Shown piece after piece: positions 8,908 through 17,713 of a stretch of 19,329 nucleotides of DNA. The DNA comes from Armatimonadota bacterium. GTDB taxonomy: Bacteria > Sysuimicrobiota > Sysuimicrobiia > Sysuimicrobiales > Humicultoraceae. Where the stretch lies: assembly GCA_052386995.1 (NCBI GenBank), contig JBQTJP010000236.1:1-19329 (forward strand), in the 5' to 3' direction. Every line of letters starts with the position of its first letter. Within the stretch, counting starts at the first letter, position 1. The position numbers were made by a program, and so were the translations under genes. The notes beneath the pieces were generated by a model. That model worked only from the letters and a program-made list of their open reading frames with translations. It was not told the DNA's origin and did no database searches.

Positions 8908-9282
8908 ATGGCAGCGGATCCAGGAAGTATCATTGAGGGCACGGTCGTCAAAATTACCACCTACGGCGCCTTCGTCGAGCTCCCCGATGGAAAGAGCGGC
9001 CTCGTCCACATCTCCGAGATCGCGGACACCTACGTCAAGGACGTCAAGGACTACCTGAAAGAGCAAGAAAAGGTCAGAGTCAAGGTCCTCGGCCTCAACG
9101 AGAGGGGCAAGCTCGATCTCTCGGTCAAGCAGGCGCTCTCGCCCGAAGAGCGGCAGTCGCGCGTCCGGTCACGCGCCTCATTCGAAGACAAGCTCAAAGC
9201 GTTTATGAAAGAAAGCGAAGAGCGGCTCCTCGACCTCAAGCGCAACACCGAGGCCAAACGCGGCGGCCGGCGCCGCAAGTAA
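8908..9282 (+). CDS. Single S1-domain RNA-binding protein (YabR/GSP13-like)
   Basis: GSIIEGTVVKITTYGAFVEL...GLVHISEIA...YVKDV...KVKVL...LSVKQA, with the YabR-type C-terminus SFEDKLKAFMKESEERL...KRGGR. Confidence 0.93.
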   Translation: MAADPGSIIEGTVVKITTYGAFVELPDGKSGLVHISEIADTYVKDVKDYLKEQEKVRVKVLGLNERGKLDLSVKQALSPEERQSRVRSRASFEDKLKAFMKESEERLLDLKRNTEAKRGGRRRK

Positions 9283-9426
9283 CGCGCAGGTCTGCTACCG
9301 GCCTCAGAACCCCGCACGCCTTCTAGAATTCCAAACGCCTCCCCGTTGGGGGCTCGCCGCACGTTATGCACGACTTCACGAGGCCAATGACATCTACCGC
9401 GCCGGGCAGATCCGCTATCTCAGGCT

Positions 9427-12400
9427 TTACAGGGCGCCTGAAGAGGCGAACTGGGCAGCCTCATTCACCGACATGCCTCGGCCTGCCGACCACGCGGCCG
9501 CGAAGGCCTCGTCCCCCAGGGCGGCCTTCGCCTCGCGAAGGTCCGATTCGTAGGCGACGCGATCCAGGGGCCATAGCGGTGCTCCGATCGCCTCGCGCAG
9601 CGCGTCTGCCGCCCCAAAGAGACGCGCGGAGTCCCCGGGTATTCCGCGCGCAAGCATGACGCCAGCCAGACCTTCCAGGCTGCAGGCGATCCCCTGGGCA
9701 TCGCCACGCTTCTGCTGCTGTATGAGGGCCTCGCGCAGGATGGAAGCGGCATCTTCGGGCTCACCCTCAGCCAGTGCCAGCAGCCCGAGCTGATAGAGTG
9801 GGACCGCGAGTTGGTGGAGCGGAGTTCTGGCGCCGGCTACGCCACCTGTTTGCTGGAGCATGTTGAGGCCTTCCTCGAGCAGGCGCCGTGCCTGAACGTA
9901 ATCCCCCTGATAGCGCGCCAGGATCCCAAGCGCGGCGGTCGCGCTGGCGACATCCTCCCTGTCACCGTACGTTCTCTGGACACCAAGGCTCTCCTCGAAT
10001 ATCGCCCCTGCACGCTCGAGGTCGCCTTTCGCGAGCAGCGCCACCCCAGCGTTAACCCTCACACTCGCGGCGGTCGACCTCTTTCCCAGTTCATCTGCAA
10101 TCACCGCAGCGGCTTCACAGAGTCCTATCGCCCTCTCCCAGTCGCCCTGTGCCAGCGCGATCAAGCCCAGGCGATTGAGTGAAGACGCTGCAGCCGTCCT
10201 GCGCCCAAGCCTCCGCTGCAGGTTCAATGCTTCTTCAATGAGGCCAGCCGCCCGCCGGTAGTCGGCACGGTCTGTTGCCAACGCGCCAAGACGGGACAGG
10301 CACAACGCGACCTCGCCAATGTCGCCGGCTTCCCTGAAGAGCGCCAGGCTTTGTTCAAGAAGTGAGGAGGCACGCTGATGATCGCCTTCATGCCGTGCGA
10401 CGACCGAGACCTCGTCGAGGACGATGGCCGTCGTCCAGGCATCTCCGACGGCATGTGCAAGGGCCAGACTCTCCTCACAAAGCTCCACGCCCCTGGCGCG
10501 CTCGCCCTGATGCCAGGCGGCATGGCCGAGCCAGGCGAGCGCCAGCGTGAGGGCCCGACGGTCCCCACATTCGCGGGCAAGCGGCACGATCTGCTCAAAG
10601 ATGTCCTTGGCCGGGCCGAAGTCATCTTGAGCAAACGCCAGCCGTCCCGCACCCAGCAGCGCTCTCATCCTGTTCTCGAGTGAGACAGCACCCGTCCTGG
10701 GCAGCACCCGGTCGAGCCACTCACGTCCTTCTGCCAGATACCCGCGCGCATGCCAGAACGACGACATCGCCGCGGCCAGCCGAATCCCGGGCTCACCGTC
10801 GGACTGTCGGAGGGACCATTCGAGCGCGGCACGCGCGTTGTCATGCTCGGCCGCCACGCGGTCGAGCCACTCCATCTGCTGCGGCCCGTGGAGGTGTGGC
10901 TCGGCTTCCTCAACCAAAGCCACATAGAAGTCCCGGTGGCGGCGGAGGATCGCATCTGCCTCGCCCTCCGCCGTGAGCCGCTCGCGGGCATACTGACGAA
11001 TCATCTCCAGCTGCCGGTAGCGCGTCTGTCCGGATCGGTCCACCGTGACGAGGGACTTGTCGACGAGGCGCGTGAAGACATCAAGGACATCATCCGGATC
11101 GATGCCTTCGCCGGCGCAGACCGCCTCTGCGGACTCGAGCGTGAAGCCGCCGGCGAAGACCGAGAGCCGCCGCACGAGTATCCGCTCGGCATCTGAGAGC
11201 AGATCGTAACTCCAGTCCATGGCCGCGCGCAGAGTTCGGTGGCGGGGAAGGGCCGTGCGGATTCCGCCGGTCAGCAGCCGGAACCGATCGTCCAGGCGGC
11301 GGGCGATATCTTCAATCGAGAGAGTCTTCACGCGGGCGGCGGCCAGCTCGATCGCGAGCGGGATGCCGTCAAGCCGGCCGCAAATCTGGAGAATCGCCGG
11401 TGTGTTTGCCGCCGTCAAGACAAAGTCAGGCTGACCGAGTCCCGCGCGATCGACAAAGAGACGCACGGCTTCGGAGTCGGTGGCCTCGGCAAGCGCGGCA
11501 TGCCGTTGCAGGTCGGGCACCGAAAGGGAGGGGACGCTATAGGTCAGCTCCCCGGCCGTGCCCAGAATCTCGCGACTCGTGGCGAGCACGCGGATGTCCG
11601 GACACCGGCGCAGCAGGTGTTCCGCCAGGTCTGCGCATGCGGCCGTAAGGTGCTCGCAGTTGTCCAGCACCAGCAGCGCTCGCTTGCTCAACAGATAATC
11701 ACCCAGCACCTCGGAAAGCGGCCGGCCGGTCTCCTCCTGAACGCCGAGCGTGGACGCCACGGCCTGGGGCACCCTCATGGGATCAGACAGCGGCGAGAAA
11801 TCCACCAGCCACACGCCGTCAGGGAAATGCGTCAGTACACGCGAGGCCACTTCGATCGCAAGACGTGTCTTGCCGACCCCGCCAGTGCCGGTCAGAGTGA
11901 GCTGCCGTGAGGTAGTGATCCTTTCCTGAATCTCGTCAAGCTCGCGCGCCCGGCCAATGAAGCTGGTCAGTTGAAGGGGGAGGTTCGTGGTGCGTCCGGG
12001 CGGCTGATCAAGGAGACGCGCGGGCCGAAGCTCGGCGTCCCGGTGCAGCATTGATGCGGCTTCGGGAGGCACATCCGATACCGCAAACAGGCGACGCTCT
12101 TCCTGCACGCCCTTGAGCATAAACAGGCCACGATCTTCAAACTGAATCCCCGACCCGGCCACCAGATCGCGCACGGTGCTCGATACGAGGATCTCACCCG
12201 GCCGAGCCTCGGCTGCAACCCTGGCGCCCAGGTGAACGGCGATCCCACGGACGGTACCATCGCCGGCTTCGACTTCGCCGCTATGCAGACCCGCACGAAT
12301 CTCGATACCCAGGGGACGCACGGCGTCGCGGATGGCGTGCGCGCAACGAATCCCGCGTTCCGGCCCGTCGAAAATGGCCAGAAAGCTGTCGCCGACGCTG

Positions 12401-12582
12401 TCGATCTCACGTCCGCGAAACCGCTGGAGCTCATGCCGCACGACCGCGTGGTGGCTGTCCAGCAGATCACGCCAGCGGCGATCGCCCAGATCCGTGGCGA
12501 GTTCCGTCGAGCCGACGATATCGGTAAACAGCAGGGTGGTGAGAACCCGGTTCCCCTGCTTCACGTGGCGCTCGTCAGACAT
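9427..12582 (-). CDS. Class III nucleotidyl cyclase-STAND (NB-ARC-like) ATPase-TPR protein
   Basis: N-terminal cyclase (LFTDIVGST, GDSF, IRAGLHSGE, LKG); Walker A GTGGVGKT; Walker B LLVLDNCEH; ATSRE; LDGIPLAIELAAAR; WSYDLL; LVDKSLV; then about 9-10 helical repeats of about 40 aa. No C-terminal LuxR HTH. Confidence 0.93.
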   Translation of the reverse strand: MSDERHVKQGNRVLTTLLFTDIVGSTELATDLGDRRWRDLLDSHHAVVRHELQRFRGREIDSVGDSFLAIFDGPERGIRCAHAIRDAVRPLGIEIRAGLHSGEVEAGDGTVRGIAVHLGARVAAEARPGEILVSSTVRDLVAGSGIQFEDRGLFMLKGVQEERRLFAVSDVPPEAASMLHRDAELRPARLLDQPPGRTTNLPLQLTSFIGRARELDEIQERITTSRQLTLTGTGGVGKTRLAIEVASRVLTHFPDGVWLVDFSPLSDPMRVPQAVASTLGVQEETGRPLSEVLGDYLLSKRALLVLDNCEHLTAACADLAEHLLRRCPDIRVLATSREILGTAGELTYSVPSLSVPDLQRHAALAEATDSEAVRLFVDRAGLGQPDFVLTAANTPAILQICGRLDGIPLAIELAAARVKTLSIEDIARRLDDRFRLLTGGIRTALPRHRTLRAAMDWSYDLLSDAERILVRRLSVFAGGFTLESAEAVCAGEGIDPDDVLDVFTRLVDKSLVTVDRSGQTRYRQLEMIRQYARERLTAEGEADAILRRHRDFYVALVEEAEPHLHGPQQMEWLDRVAAEHDNARAALEWSLRQSDGEPGIRLAAAMSSFWHARGYLAEGREWLDRVLPRTGAVSLENRMRALLGAGRLAFAQDDFGPAKDIFEQIVPLARECGDRRALTLALAWLGHAAWHQGERARGVELCEESLALAHAVGDAWTTAIVLDEVSVVARHEGDHQRASSLLEQSLALFREAGDIGEVALCLSRLGALATDRADYRRAAGLIEEALNLQRRLGRRTAAASSLNRLGLIALAQGDWERAIGLCEAAAVIADELGKRSTAASVRVNAGVALLAKGDLERAGAIFEESLGVQRTYGDREDVASATAALGILARYQGDYVQARRLLEEGLNMLQQTGGVAGARTPLHQLAVPLYQLGLLALAEGEPEDAASILREALIQQQKRGDAQGIACSLEGLAGVMLARGIPGDSARLFGAADALREAIGAPLWPLDRVAYESDLREAKAALGDEAFAAAWSAGRGMSVNEAAQFASSGAL
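9781..9822 (-). repeat. Diverged 21-nt tandem duplication inside the TPR region
   Basis: CCGCTCCACCAACTCGCGGTC / CCACTCTATCAGCTCGGGCTG (14/21 identical), encoding PLHQLAV / PLYQLGL. It lengthens that repeat from 40 to 47 aa. Confidence 0.65.
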
Positions 12583-12707
12583 AGCGGCGGCCCTGTTTGA
12601 TTAGCGAGAAGGCAAATCCTGCAGGCAAGAGGAACCCGGGCCGAAATCTCCAAGAAGGGCTCAACGCATGGCCCGAAGGGCCTCACTTTGGGACGGAGGG
12701 ACATCCT

Positions 12708-12992
12708 GTGATCGCGTGGATTGCATCGCGGACGTTGCAGCCTCGGAAACTCAAAGCCTTTCGCAGAACCTGGCAGTTCAAGGTGCGGCCCCAAGGGCTT
12801 GTGGCCGTCTATTTCCTGCACGGAGCCAAGCCGAATGAAATGATCGGCCTCAGCCTGTGGCGATCGGGTGCGGCGCTGCGGCGGTACCGAAGCAGTGCAG
12901 CAGAACGAGAGCGGCTGGCCGCCATGAAGCCGCTCGTTCGGCGTATCAACTGGGCGGCGATTTATGAGGCCGAGAAAGTTCTTCTGCGATAA
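12708..12992 (+). CDS. Small basic protein, possibly ABM/dimeric alpha-beta barrel fold
   Basis: SD GGAGGG, then GTG 12708; 94 aa. The pattern ...YFL..AKPNEMIGLSLWRS.AAL..Y.SS resembles ABM-type ferredoxin-like domains. Confidence 0.6.
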   Translation: MIAWIASRTLQPRKLKAFRRTWQFKVRPQGLVAVYFLHGAKPNEMIGLSLWRSGAALRRYRSSAAERERLAAMKPLVRRINWAAIYEAEKVLLR

Positions 12993-13340
12993 CTACTCGA
13001 TCCCCAGCAGTGCCATTACGTCTTCGAAGGTCCGCCAGGTGATGTCGTCGCGCTCCAGCGCGCGTGACGGCTCCGGGACGTCGGTCTTCGCGTCCAGCTC
13101 CTGCAGAAACCCATCCATGCGCTCCAGCCGGTGGCGCACGCCGGCGATTTCTGGCGCCGTGGACGCCGGCGGCAGCGTGGCGCGGATTTGTTCCAAGACG
13201 TCGCGCTCGATCCTGCGGGCCAGCTGATCCATCTCCTGGGCTTCGATCCGCGAGTAGGCGACCAGACCGCGCCGCTCCTCCAGGGCGCCGATCGCCATCT
13301 CACGCAGCCGCTTGAGCAGCGGATCGGGCTCAGGGGCCAA
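12993..13340 (-). CDS. Hypothetical acidic alpha-helical protein
   Basis: 3' part of ORF 12993..13472. The likely start is TTG 13340, overlapping the ABC gene stop, but this is uncertain. Amphipathic helical pattern (EMDQLARRIERDVLEQIR...ERDDITWRTFEDVMALLGIE). Confidence 0.7.
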   Translation of the reverse strand: MAPEPDPLLKRLREMAIGALEERRGLVAYSRIEAQEMDQLARRIERDVLEQIRATLPPASTAPEIAGVRHRLERMDGFLQELDAKTDVPEPSRALERDDITWRTFEDVMALLGIE

Positions 13341-15204
13341 CGCTGGTCCCGCCTGCGGCCGCGCCGCCCACAGATCCCGCCGGACGCAGCTCCTGGTCGC
13401 GGTACTGCAGCTGATAGAGCTTTGTATAGACGCCGTTGCGGGCGAGCAGACCGCGGTGCGAGCCTTCTTCAACGAGACGACCCTTGTGAATGACCAGGAT
13501 GCGGTCGACGTGCTGGATCGTCGACAGCCGGTGGGCGATGATGATCGACGTTCGGTTGCGCATCACCCTACGCAGCGCCTCCTGGATGAGGACCTCGGTT
13601 TCGGTGTCCACGCTGCTGGTGGCCTCATCCAGCACCAGCAGGACTTCGGGGTTGTGGGCAATCGCGCGCGCGAACGCGATGAGCTGTTTTTGTCCCACGG
13701 ACAGCGTTGCACCCCGCTCGTGGACTTCGGCGCGATACCCCCCGGGCATCCGGTCGATGAACGCGTCGGCGTTGACGAACGCGGCCGCCTGCCGGACCTG
13801 GTCGGGCGTGATCGTCTTCGTCCCCAGGCGGATGTTGTCCTCGATCGTCCCGGAAAAGAGGAACACATCCTGGTGCACCAGCCCGATGTGCCGCCGGAGC
13901 TCGCGCTGGTCCCAGTCCCGGACATCGATGCCGTCGACCAGCACCTGCCCGCGCTGGGGATCGAAGAACCGCGTGATCAGGTTAATGATCGATGTCTTCC
14001 CCGCGCCCGTGTGTCCCACGAACGCGACGCTCTCGCCGGGACGGATGTGGAACGAGACGCCCCGCAGGACCCAATCCTCGGCCGCACCACTGCGGCCGCC
14101 GTCGCCCGCGGCCGTGGTCGGCTCGTAGGCAAACCACACGTCGCGGAACTCGATCTCTCCGCGCACGCGGTCCACGCCGTGCCGCACCGTGGGGTTCTTG
14201 ACTTCGATGGGCTCATCGAGCAGCCGGAAGAGCCGCTCGGACGAGGCCATCGCCGCCTGCAGGATATTGTATTTCTCCGCCAGGTCCTCGATCGGCTCGA
14301 AAAATCGCTGGGCGTACTGGATGAACGCCACGACGAGCCCGACGCTGACGGCGCCGGACAGTGCCCGGATGCCCCCGTAGGCGATGATGATCGCCGCGGC
14401 CGTCGCGCCCATGATGCCGACCATCGGGTGAAATCTCGAGAACGAGCGCATCGCGCTCAGGTTGGCGGCCAGGTGATCGCGATTGAGCGCGTCAAACCGC
14501 GCCCGCTCACGCGCTTCGCGGCCGAACAACTGCACGATCGCCATGCCCATGATGTGCTCGTTGAGAAACGCGTTGATGCGTGCGATGCGAACACGAATGG
14601 CGCGGTACGAGTCTCGGGCCTGCCTCCGAAAGACCGCAGTGATATAGACGATCACCGGCAGCACCAGCATGGTCGCCAGCGCCAGCCGCCAGTCGAGGTA
14701 CAGCATGATGACGACGATGCCGACCAGCGTGAACAGGTCTCCGAAGATCGCGACCACGCCCTGCGTGATCATCTCGTGGAGCGCGTCGATGTCGTTTGTG
14801 ATGCGCGTGATGAGGCGGCCGACCGGCTGTCGCGTGAAGAACCCGATCGACAGATTCTGGAGGTGGCTGAACAGCTCCATGCGCAGGTCATACGTCGCAC
14901 GCTGGCCGACCCACTGCATCACCAGCGTCTGCGCGTACCGCAGGCCGAATTGGGCGGCAAGCGCGCCGAAGTACGCCAGGATCACCAGTTCGAGGCCGGC
15001 GAGGCGCCGCGGGGAGATGTGCTCGTCGATCGCCACACGGACCAGGTAGGGGCCGGCCAGGCTGACCAGCGACGTGAGCAGCAGCAGCACGACGGCGCCG
15101 GCGACAGGACCACGATACGGCCGCACGTACCCCAGCAGGCGGCGCATCAGGCGCGCGTCGTACGCCGCGCCGAGAATCTCGTCTTCCTGAAAGTGGATGC
15201 TCAT
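13330..15204 (-). CDS. ABC exporter TMD-NBD half-transporter (MdlB/BmrD/TM288-like)
   Basis: Multi-helix TMD, Walker A GHTGAGKT, degenerate signature LSVGQKQ, canonical Walker B LVLDEAT and H-loop IAHR. Confidence 0.96.
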   Translation of the reverse strand: MSIHFQEDEILGAAYDARLMRRLLGYVRPYRGPVAGAVVLLLLTSLVSLAGPYLVRVAIDEHISPRRLAGLELVILAYFGALAAQFGLRYAQTLVMQWVGQRATYDLRMELFSHLQNLSIGFFTRQPVGRLITRITNDIDALHEMITQGVVAIFGDLFTLVGIVVIMLYLDWRLALATMLVLPVIVYITAVFRRQARDSYRAIRVRIARINAFLNEHIMGMAIVQLFGREARERARFDALNRDHLAANLSAMRSFSRFHPMVGIMGATAAAIIIAYGGIRALSGAVSVGLVVAFIQYAQRFFEPIEDLAEKYNILQAAMASSERLFRLLDEPIEVKNPTVRHGVDRVRGEIEFRDVWFAYEPTTAAGDGGRSGAAEDWVLRGVSFHIRPGESVAFVGHTGAGKTSIINLITRFFDPQRGQVLVDGIDVRDWDQRELRRHIGLVHQDVFLFSGTIEDNIRLGTKTITPDQVRQAAAFVNADAFIDRMPGGYRAEVHERGATLSVGQKQLIAFARAIAHNPEVLLVLDEATSSVDTETEVLIQEALRRVMRNRTSIIIAHRLSTIQHVDRILVIHKGRLVEEGSHRGLLARNGVYTKLYQLQYRDQELRPAGSVGGAAAGGTSVGP

Positions 15205-16946
15205 GACGGCTGCAGCTCGTCGGCCTCGAGCGCCTCTTTGAGCAACTGCCTCTGGTAGAGATCAGCGTACAATCCGCCCTGCGTGAGCAGCGAATCATGC
15301 GTGCCGCGCTCGACGATGCGGCCTTCATCCAGGACGACGATGAGATCGGCATGGCGCACGGTCGAGATACGGTGCGAGATGATCAGGCTCGTGCGCTCGG
15401 CGACGAACTGCCTCAGTCCGCCAAGGATCTCTTCTTCGGTATGAGTGTCGACGCTGCTCAACGCGTCATCCAGGATCAGGATGGCCGGATCCCGCGCCAA
15501 TGCGCGGGCAATCGTGGCACGCTGCTTCTGCCCTCCCGAGAGCGTCACACCGCGTTCGCCCACCACCGTCTTGTATCCGAGCGGAAAATCCTCCACTTCG
15601 CGGGCCAGCCGCGCGGTCTCCGCGGCGTCGCGGACGCGCTGGCCGTTGCCGTCGATGCCCAGCGCCAGATTCTCCTCCAGCGTGTCGGAAAAAAGGAACG
15701 ACTCCTGCGGGACGAAGCCGATGCTTCCGCGCAGGGTCGCCAGGTTGAGCTGGCGGATGTCGATGCCGTCGAGCAGCACGGCGCCCGCGGTGGGATCGAT
15801 CAACCGGGGGATCAACGACACGAAGGTCGTCTTCCCCGCGCCGGTCGGTCCCACGATGGCGACGGTCGTGCCGGCGGGGATCGTGAGATCGATGTCGCGC
15901 AGCACCGGCAGTCCGTTGTACGCAAAGGAGACGTTGCGAAACTCGATCTCACCGCGCACGCGCTCGTGCCGCACCACGGCCGGCGGATCGGCGATCGCCG
16001 GCGCGGTACCCATGATCTCGTTGATCCGGCGCATCGAGGCGAGGCCTTGCTGGATGATGTTCGCCACCCATCCCAGCGCGATCATCGGCCATGACAGCAT
16101 CCCCAGGTAGCCGAGGAATTGCACCAGGGTGCCCAGGCTGATCCGCCCCTCGACGACGGCGATACCGCCCTGCCAGAGCACCAGCGCCGACGCGGCACCG
16201 AGGATGACGGTCATGCACGGCCACAGGGCACCGGACGTCCGCGCCAGCCGCAGCGCGCGGCGCACGAATTCCTGGTTGATGTCCGCAAAGGCTTCGATCT
16301 CGGCCTCTTCTTGCGCGAAGGCTTTCACGACGCGGATGCCCGAAAAGTTCTCCTGGGCACGCGCGGACAGCGTGCTGAACTGTTCCTGTTGATACTCGAA
16401 TTGCTGGTGGATGCGCCTGCCGAGCACCACGAAGACGACACTGACCAGCGGCAGCATCAGCATCACCACCAGCGCGAGCCGCGGATCGAGGGCGAACATG
16501 ACGCCGCTGGCCGCGATGAACATCACGACCGCGTTGAACGAGTGGAGAATGCCCGCGCGCACGAACCGGCTCACGGCGTTGAGGTCGGTGATCGCCCGCG
16601 TCATCAGGTCGCCGGTCCGCGTGTGCTGGTAGAACCCCTGGTGCAGCCGCTGAAGGTGGGCAAAGTAGTCGTTACGGATCTCGTACTCGATGGCGTGCCC
16701 GGCTCCCAGGGTGAACATCCGCCAGTGGTACCCGACGAACCCGTTGGTGAGGCGCACCGCCACGTAGGCGACGGCCAGCGCCACAAAGACGCGTGGAGAG
16801 GCCCCGGTCCGGATGCCGTCGATCGCCAGGCGCAGCACCCAGGGGTTGATCAGATACAGGGTGGTGCTGACCAGGCTGAGGGCGAATCCGATCAGATAGG
16901 CGCGGCGGTGCCGCAGGATGTAGGCGCGTAGACGCCGGGTGCTCAC
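15201..16946 (-). CDS. ABC exporter TMD-NBD half-transporter (MdlA/BmrC/TM287-like)
   Basis: TMD with RTGDLMTR, Walker A GPTGAGKT, signature LSGGQKQ, degenerate Walker B LILDDAL and ISHR. It has an ATGA overlap with its partner gene. Confidence 0.96.
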   Translation of the reverse strand: MSTRRLRAYILRHRRAYLIGFALSLVSTTLYLINPWVLRLAIDGIRTGASPRVFVALAVAYVAVRLTNGFVGYHWRMFTLGAGHAIEYEIRNDYFAHLQRLHQGFYQHTRTGDLMTRAITDLNAVSRFVRAGILHSFNAVVMFIAASGVMFALDPRLALVVMLMLPLVSVVFVVLGRRIHQQFEYQQEQFSTLSARAQENFSGIRVVKAFAQEEAEIEAFADINQEFVRRALRLARTSGALWPCMTVILGAASALVLWQGGIAVVEGRISLGTLVQFLGYLGMLSWPMIALGWVANIIQQGLASMRRINEIMGTAPAIADPPAVVRHERVRGEIEFRNVSFAYNGLPVLRDIDLTIPAGTTVAIVGPTGAGKTTFVSLIPRLIDPTAGAVLLDGIDIRQLNLATLRGSIGFVPQESFLFSDTLEENLALGIDGNGQRVRDAAETARLAREVEDFPLGYKTVVGERGVTLSGGQKQRATIARALARDPAILILDDALSSVDTHTEEEILGGLRQFVAERTSLIISHRISTVRHADLIVVLDEGRIVERGTHDSLLTQGGLYADLYQRQLLKEALEADELQPS

Positions 16947-16974
16947 GGTCCGCTCCAGAAACCGAAACCCAAAA

Positions 16975-16983
16975 ATTATAGCA
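16975..16983 (-). promoter_or_regulatory. Extended -10 promoter (TGnTATAAT) for the ABC exporter, overlapping the upstream gene's stop
   Basis: Minus strand ...ATG CTA TAA T contains TGCTATAAT, about 30 nt before GGAG-N6-GTG (16946). Confidence 0.65.
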
Positions 16984-17713
16984 TGTTGAGGAACGCGCGG
17001 ATCGCGTCGTTGGTGGCGCGGGGCTGTTCGAGCATCACCATGTGCCCCGCGTCCTCGATGATCACCAGGTGGGACCCGGGGATCTTCTCGTGTAGCTCAC
17101 GGCTGAGCGCCGGGGGCGTCACCTGGTCATCGGCGCCGCAGACCACCACCGTCGGCACGGTGATGCGTCCCACGTCCGCGCTCACGTCAAATGCCTCGGC
17201 CGCTTCCAGCTGAGCAATCAACACCTCAGGCGCCACCGCGCGCAGCAGCGTGTGGGACTTCTCCTTGAGAGGCGCGGCGGCGTGGGGTGCGAACCACAGC
17301 GTCATCAACTGCTCCAGACCCCGGTCGCGATCCACGCGCAGCGTCCGCACCAGGTCCGGTGAGACGCGCAGCCGGGTGCCGGTGCCAATCAGGATGAGGG
17401 CACGGACTTCCCTGGGAACCGTGAGCGCCCACAGGAGCGCGATTGCACCACCCAGCGAGTGACCCGCGACGATGCGCGGGGCCGGTGCGGGGCCGACGTA
17501 CGCCCGCACCGCCGCCAGATAGCGATTCACGCCCCACGGTGCCGCGCCCCATGCACCAGTGGTCGACTGCGCTGGAGATGAGGCACCGGCGCGCCACGGC
17601 AGATCCGGCGCCGTGGCCCTGGGGAACGCCAGCAGCTGTTGCTGCCAGATGAGGCCTCGGCCCCCCGCCCCATGCAGAAACAGAAGGCCCTCGCCGGGCA
17701 GACCCACGGTCAC
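16976..17713 (-). CDS. Alpha/beta-fold hydrolase
   Basis: FLHGAGG, nucleophile elbow GHSLGG, acid in CGADDQVTP and catalytic His in AGHMVMLEQP. Confidence 0.93.
   Translation of the reverse strand: MTVGLPGEGLLFLHGAGGRGLIWQQQLLAFPRATAPDLPWRAGASSPAQSTTGAWGAAPWGVNRYLAAVRAYVGPAPAPRIVAGHSLGGAIALLWALTVPREVRALILIGTGTRLRVSPDLVRTLRVDRDRGLEQLMTLWFAPHAAAPLKEKSHTLLRAVAPEVLIAQLEAAEAFDVSADVGRITVPTVVVCGADDQVTPPALSRELHEKIPGSHLVIIEDAGHMVMLEQPRATNDAIRAFLNML

Noticed and set aside
9274..9370. Possible integron attC-like site (..TAAC at the S1 stop and GTTATGC about 85 nt later)
   Set aside because: The core sites are only loosely complementary, there are no L boxes or long imperfect palindrome, and there is no integrase.
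9283..9426. tRNA expected after the yabR-like gene, or an intrinsic terminator at the GCCTCC/GGGGGC hairpin (about 9337-9353)
   Set aside because: No cloverleaf or T-loop is present, and the hairpin is short with no convincing U-tract.
13312..15258. 648 aa plus-strand ORF, and similar long ORFs at 2514..3515, 3660..5036, 5033..6055, 15297..16094 and 16119..16931
   Set aside because: These are antisense shadows of well-supported genes, expected in high-GC DNA with biased codon usage, and have no motifs of their own.
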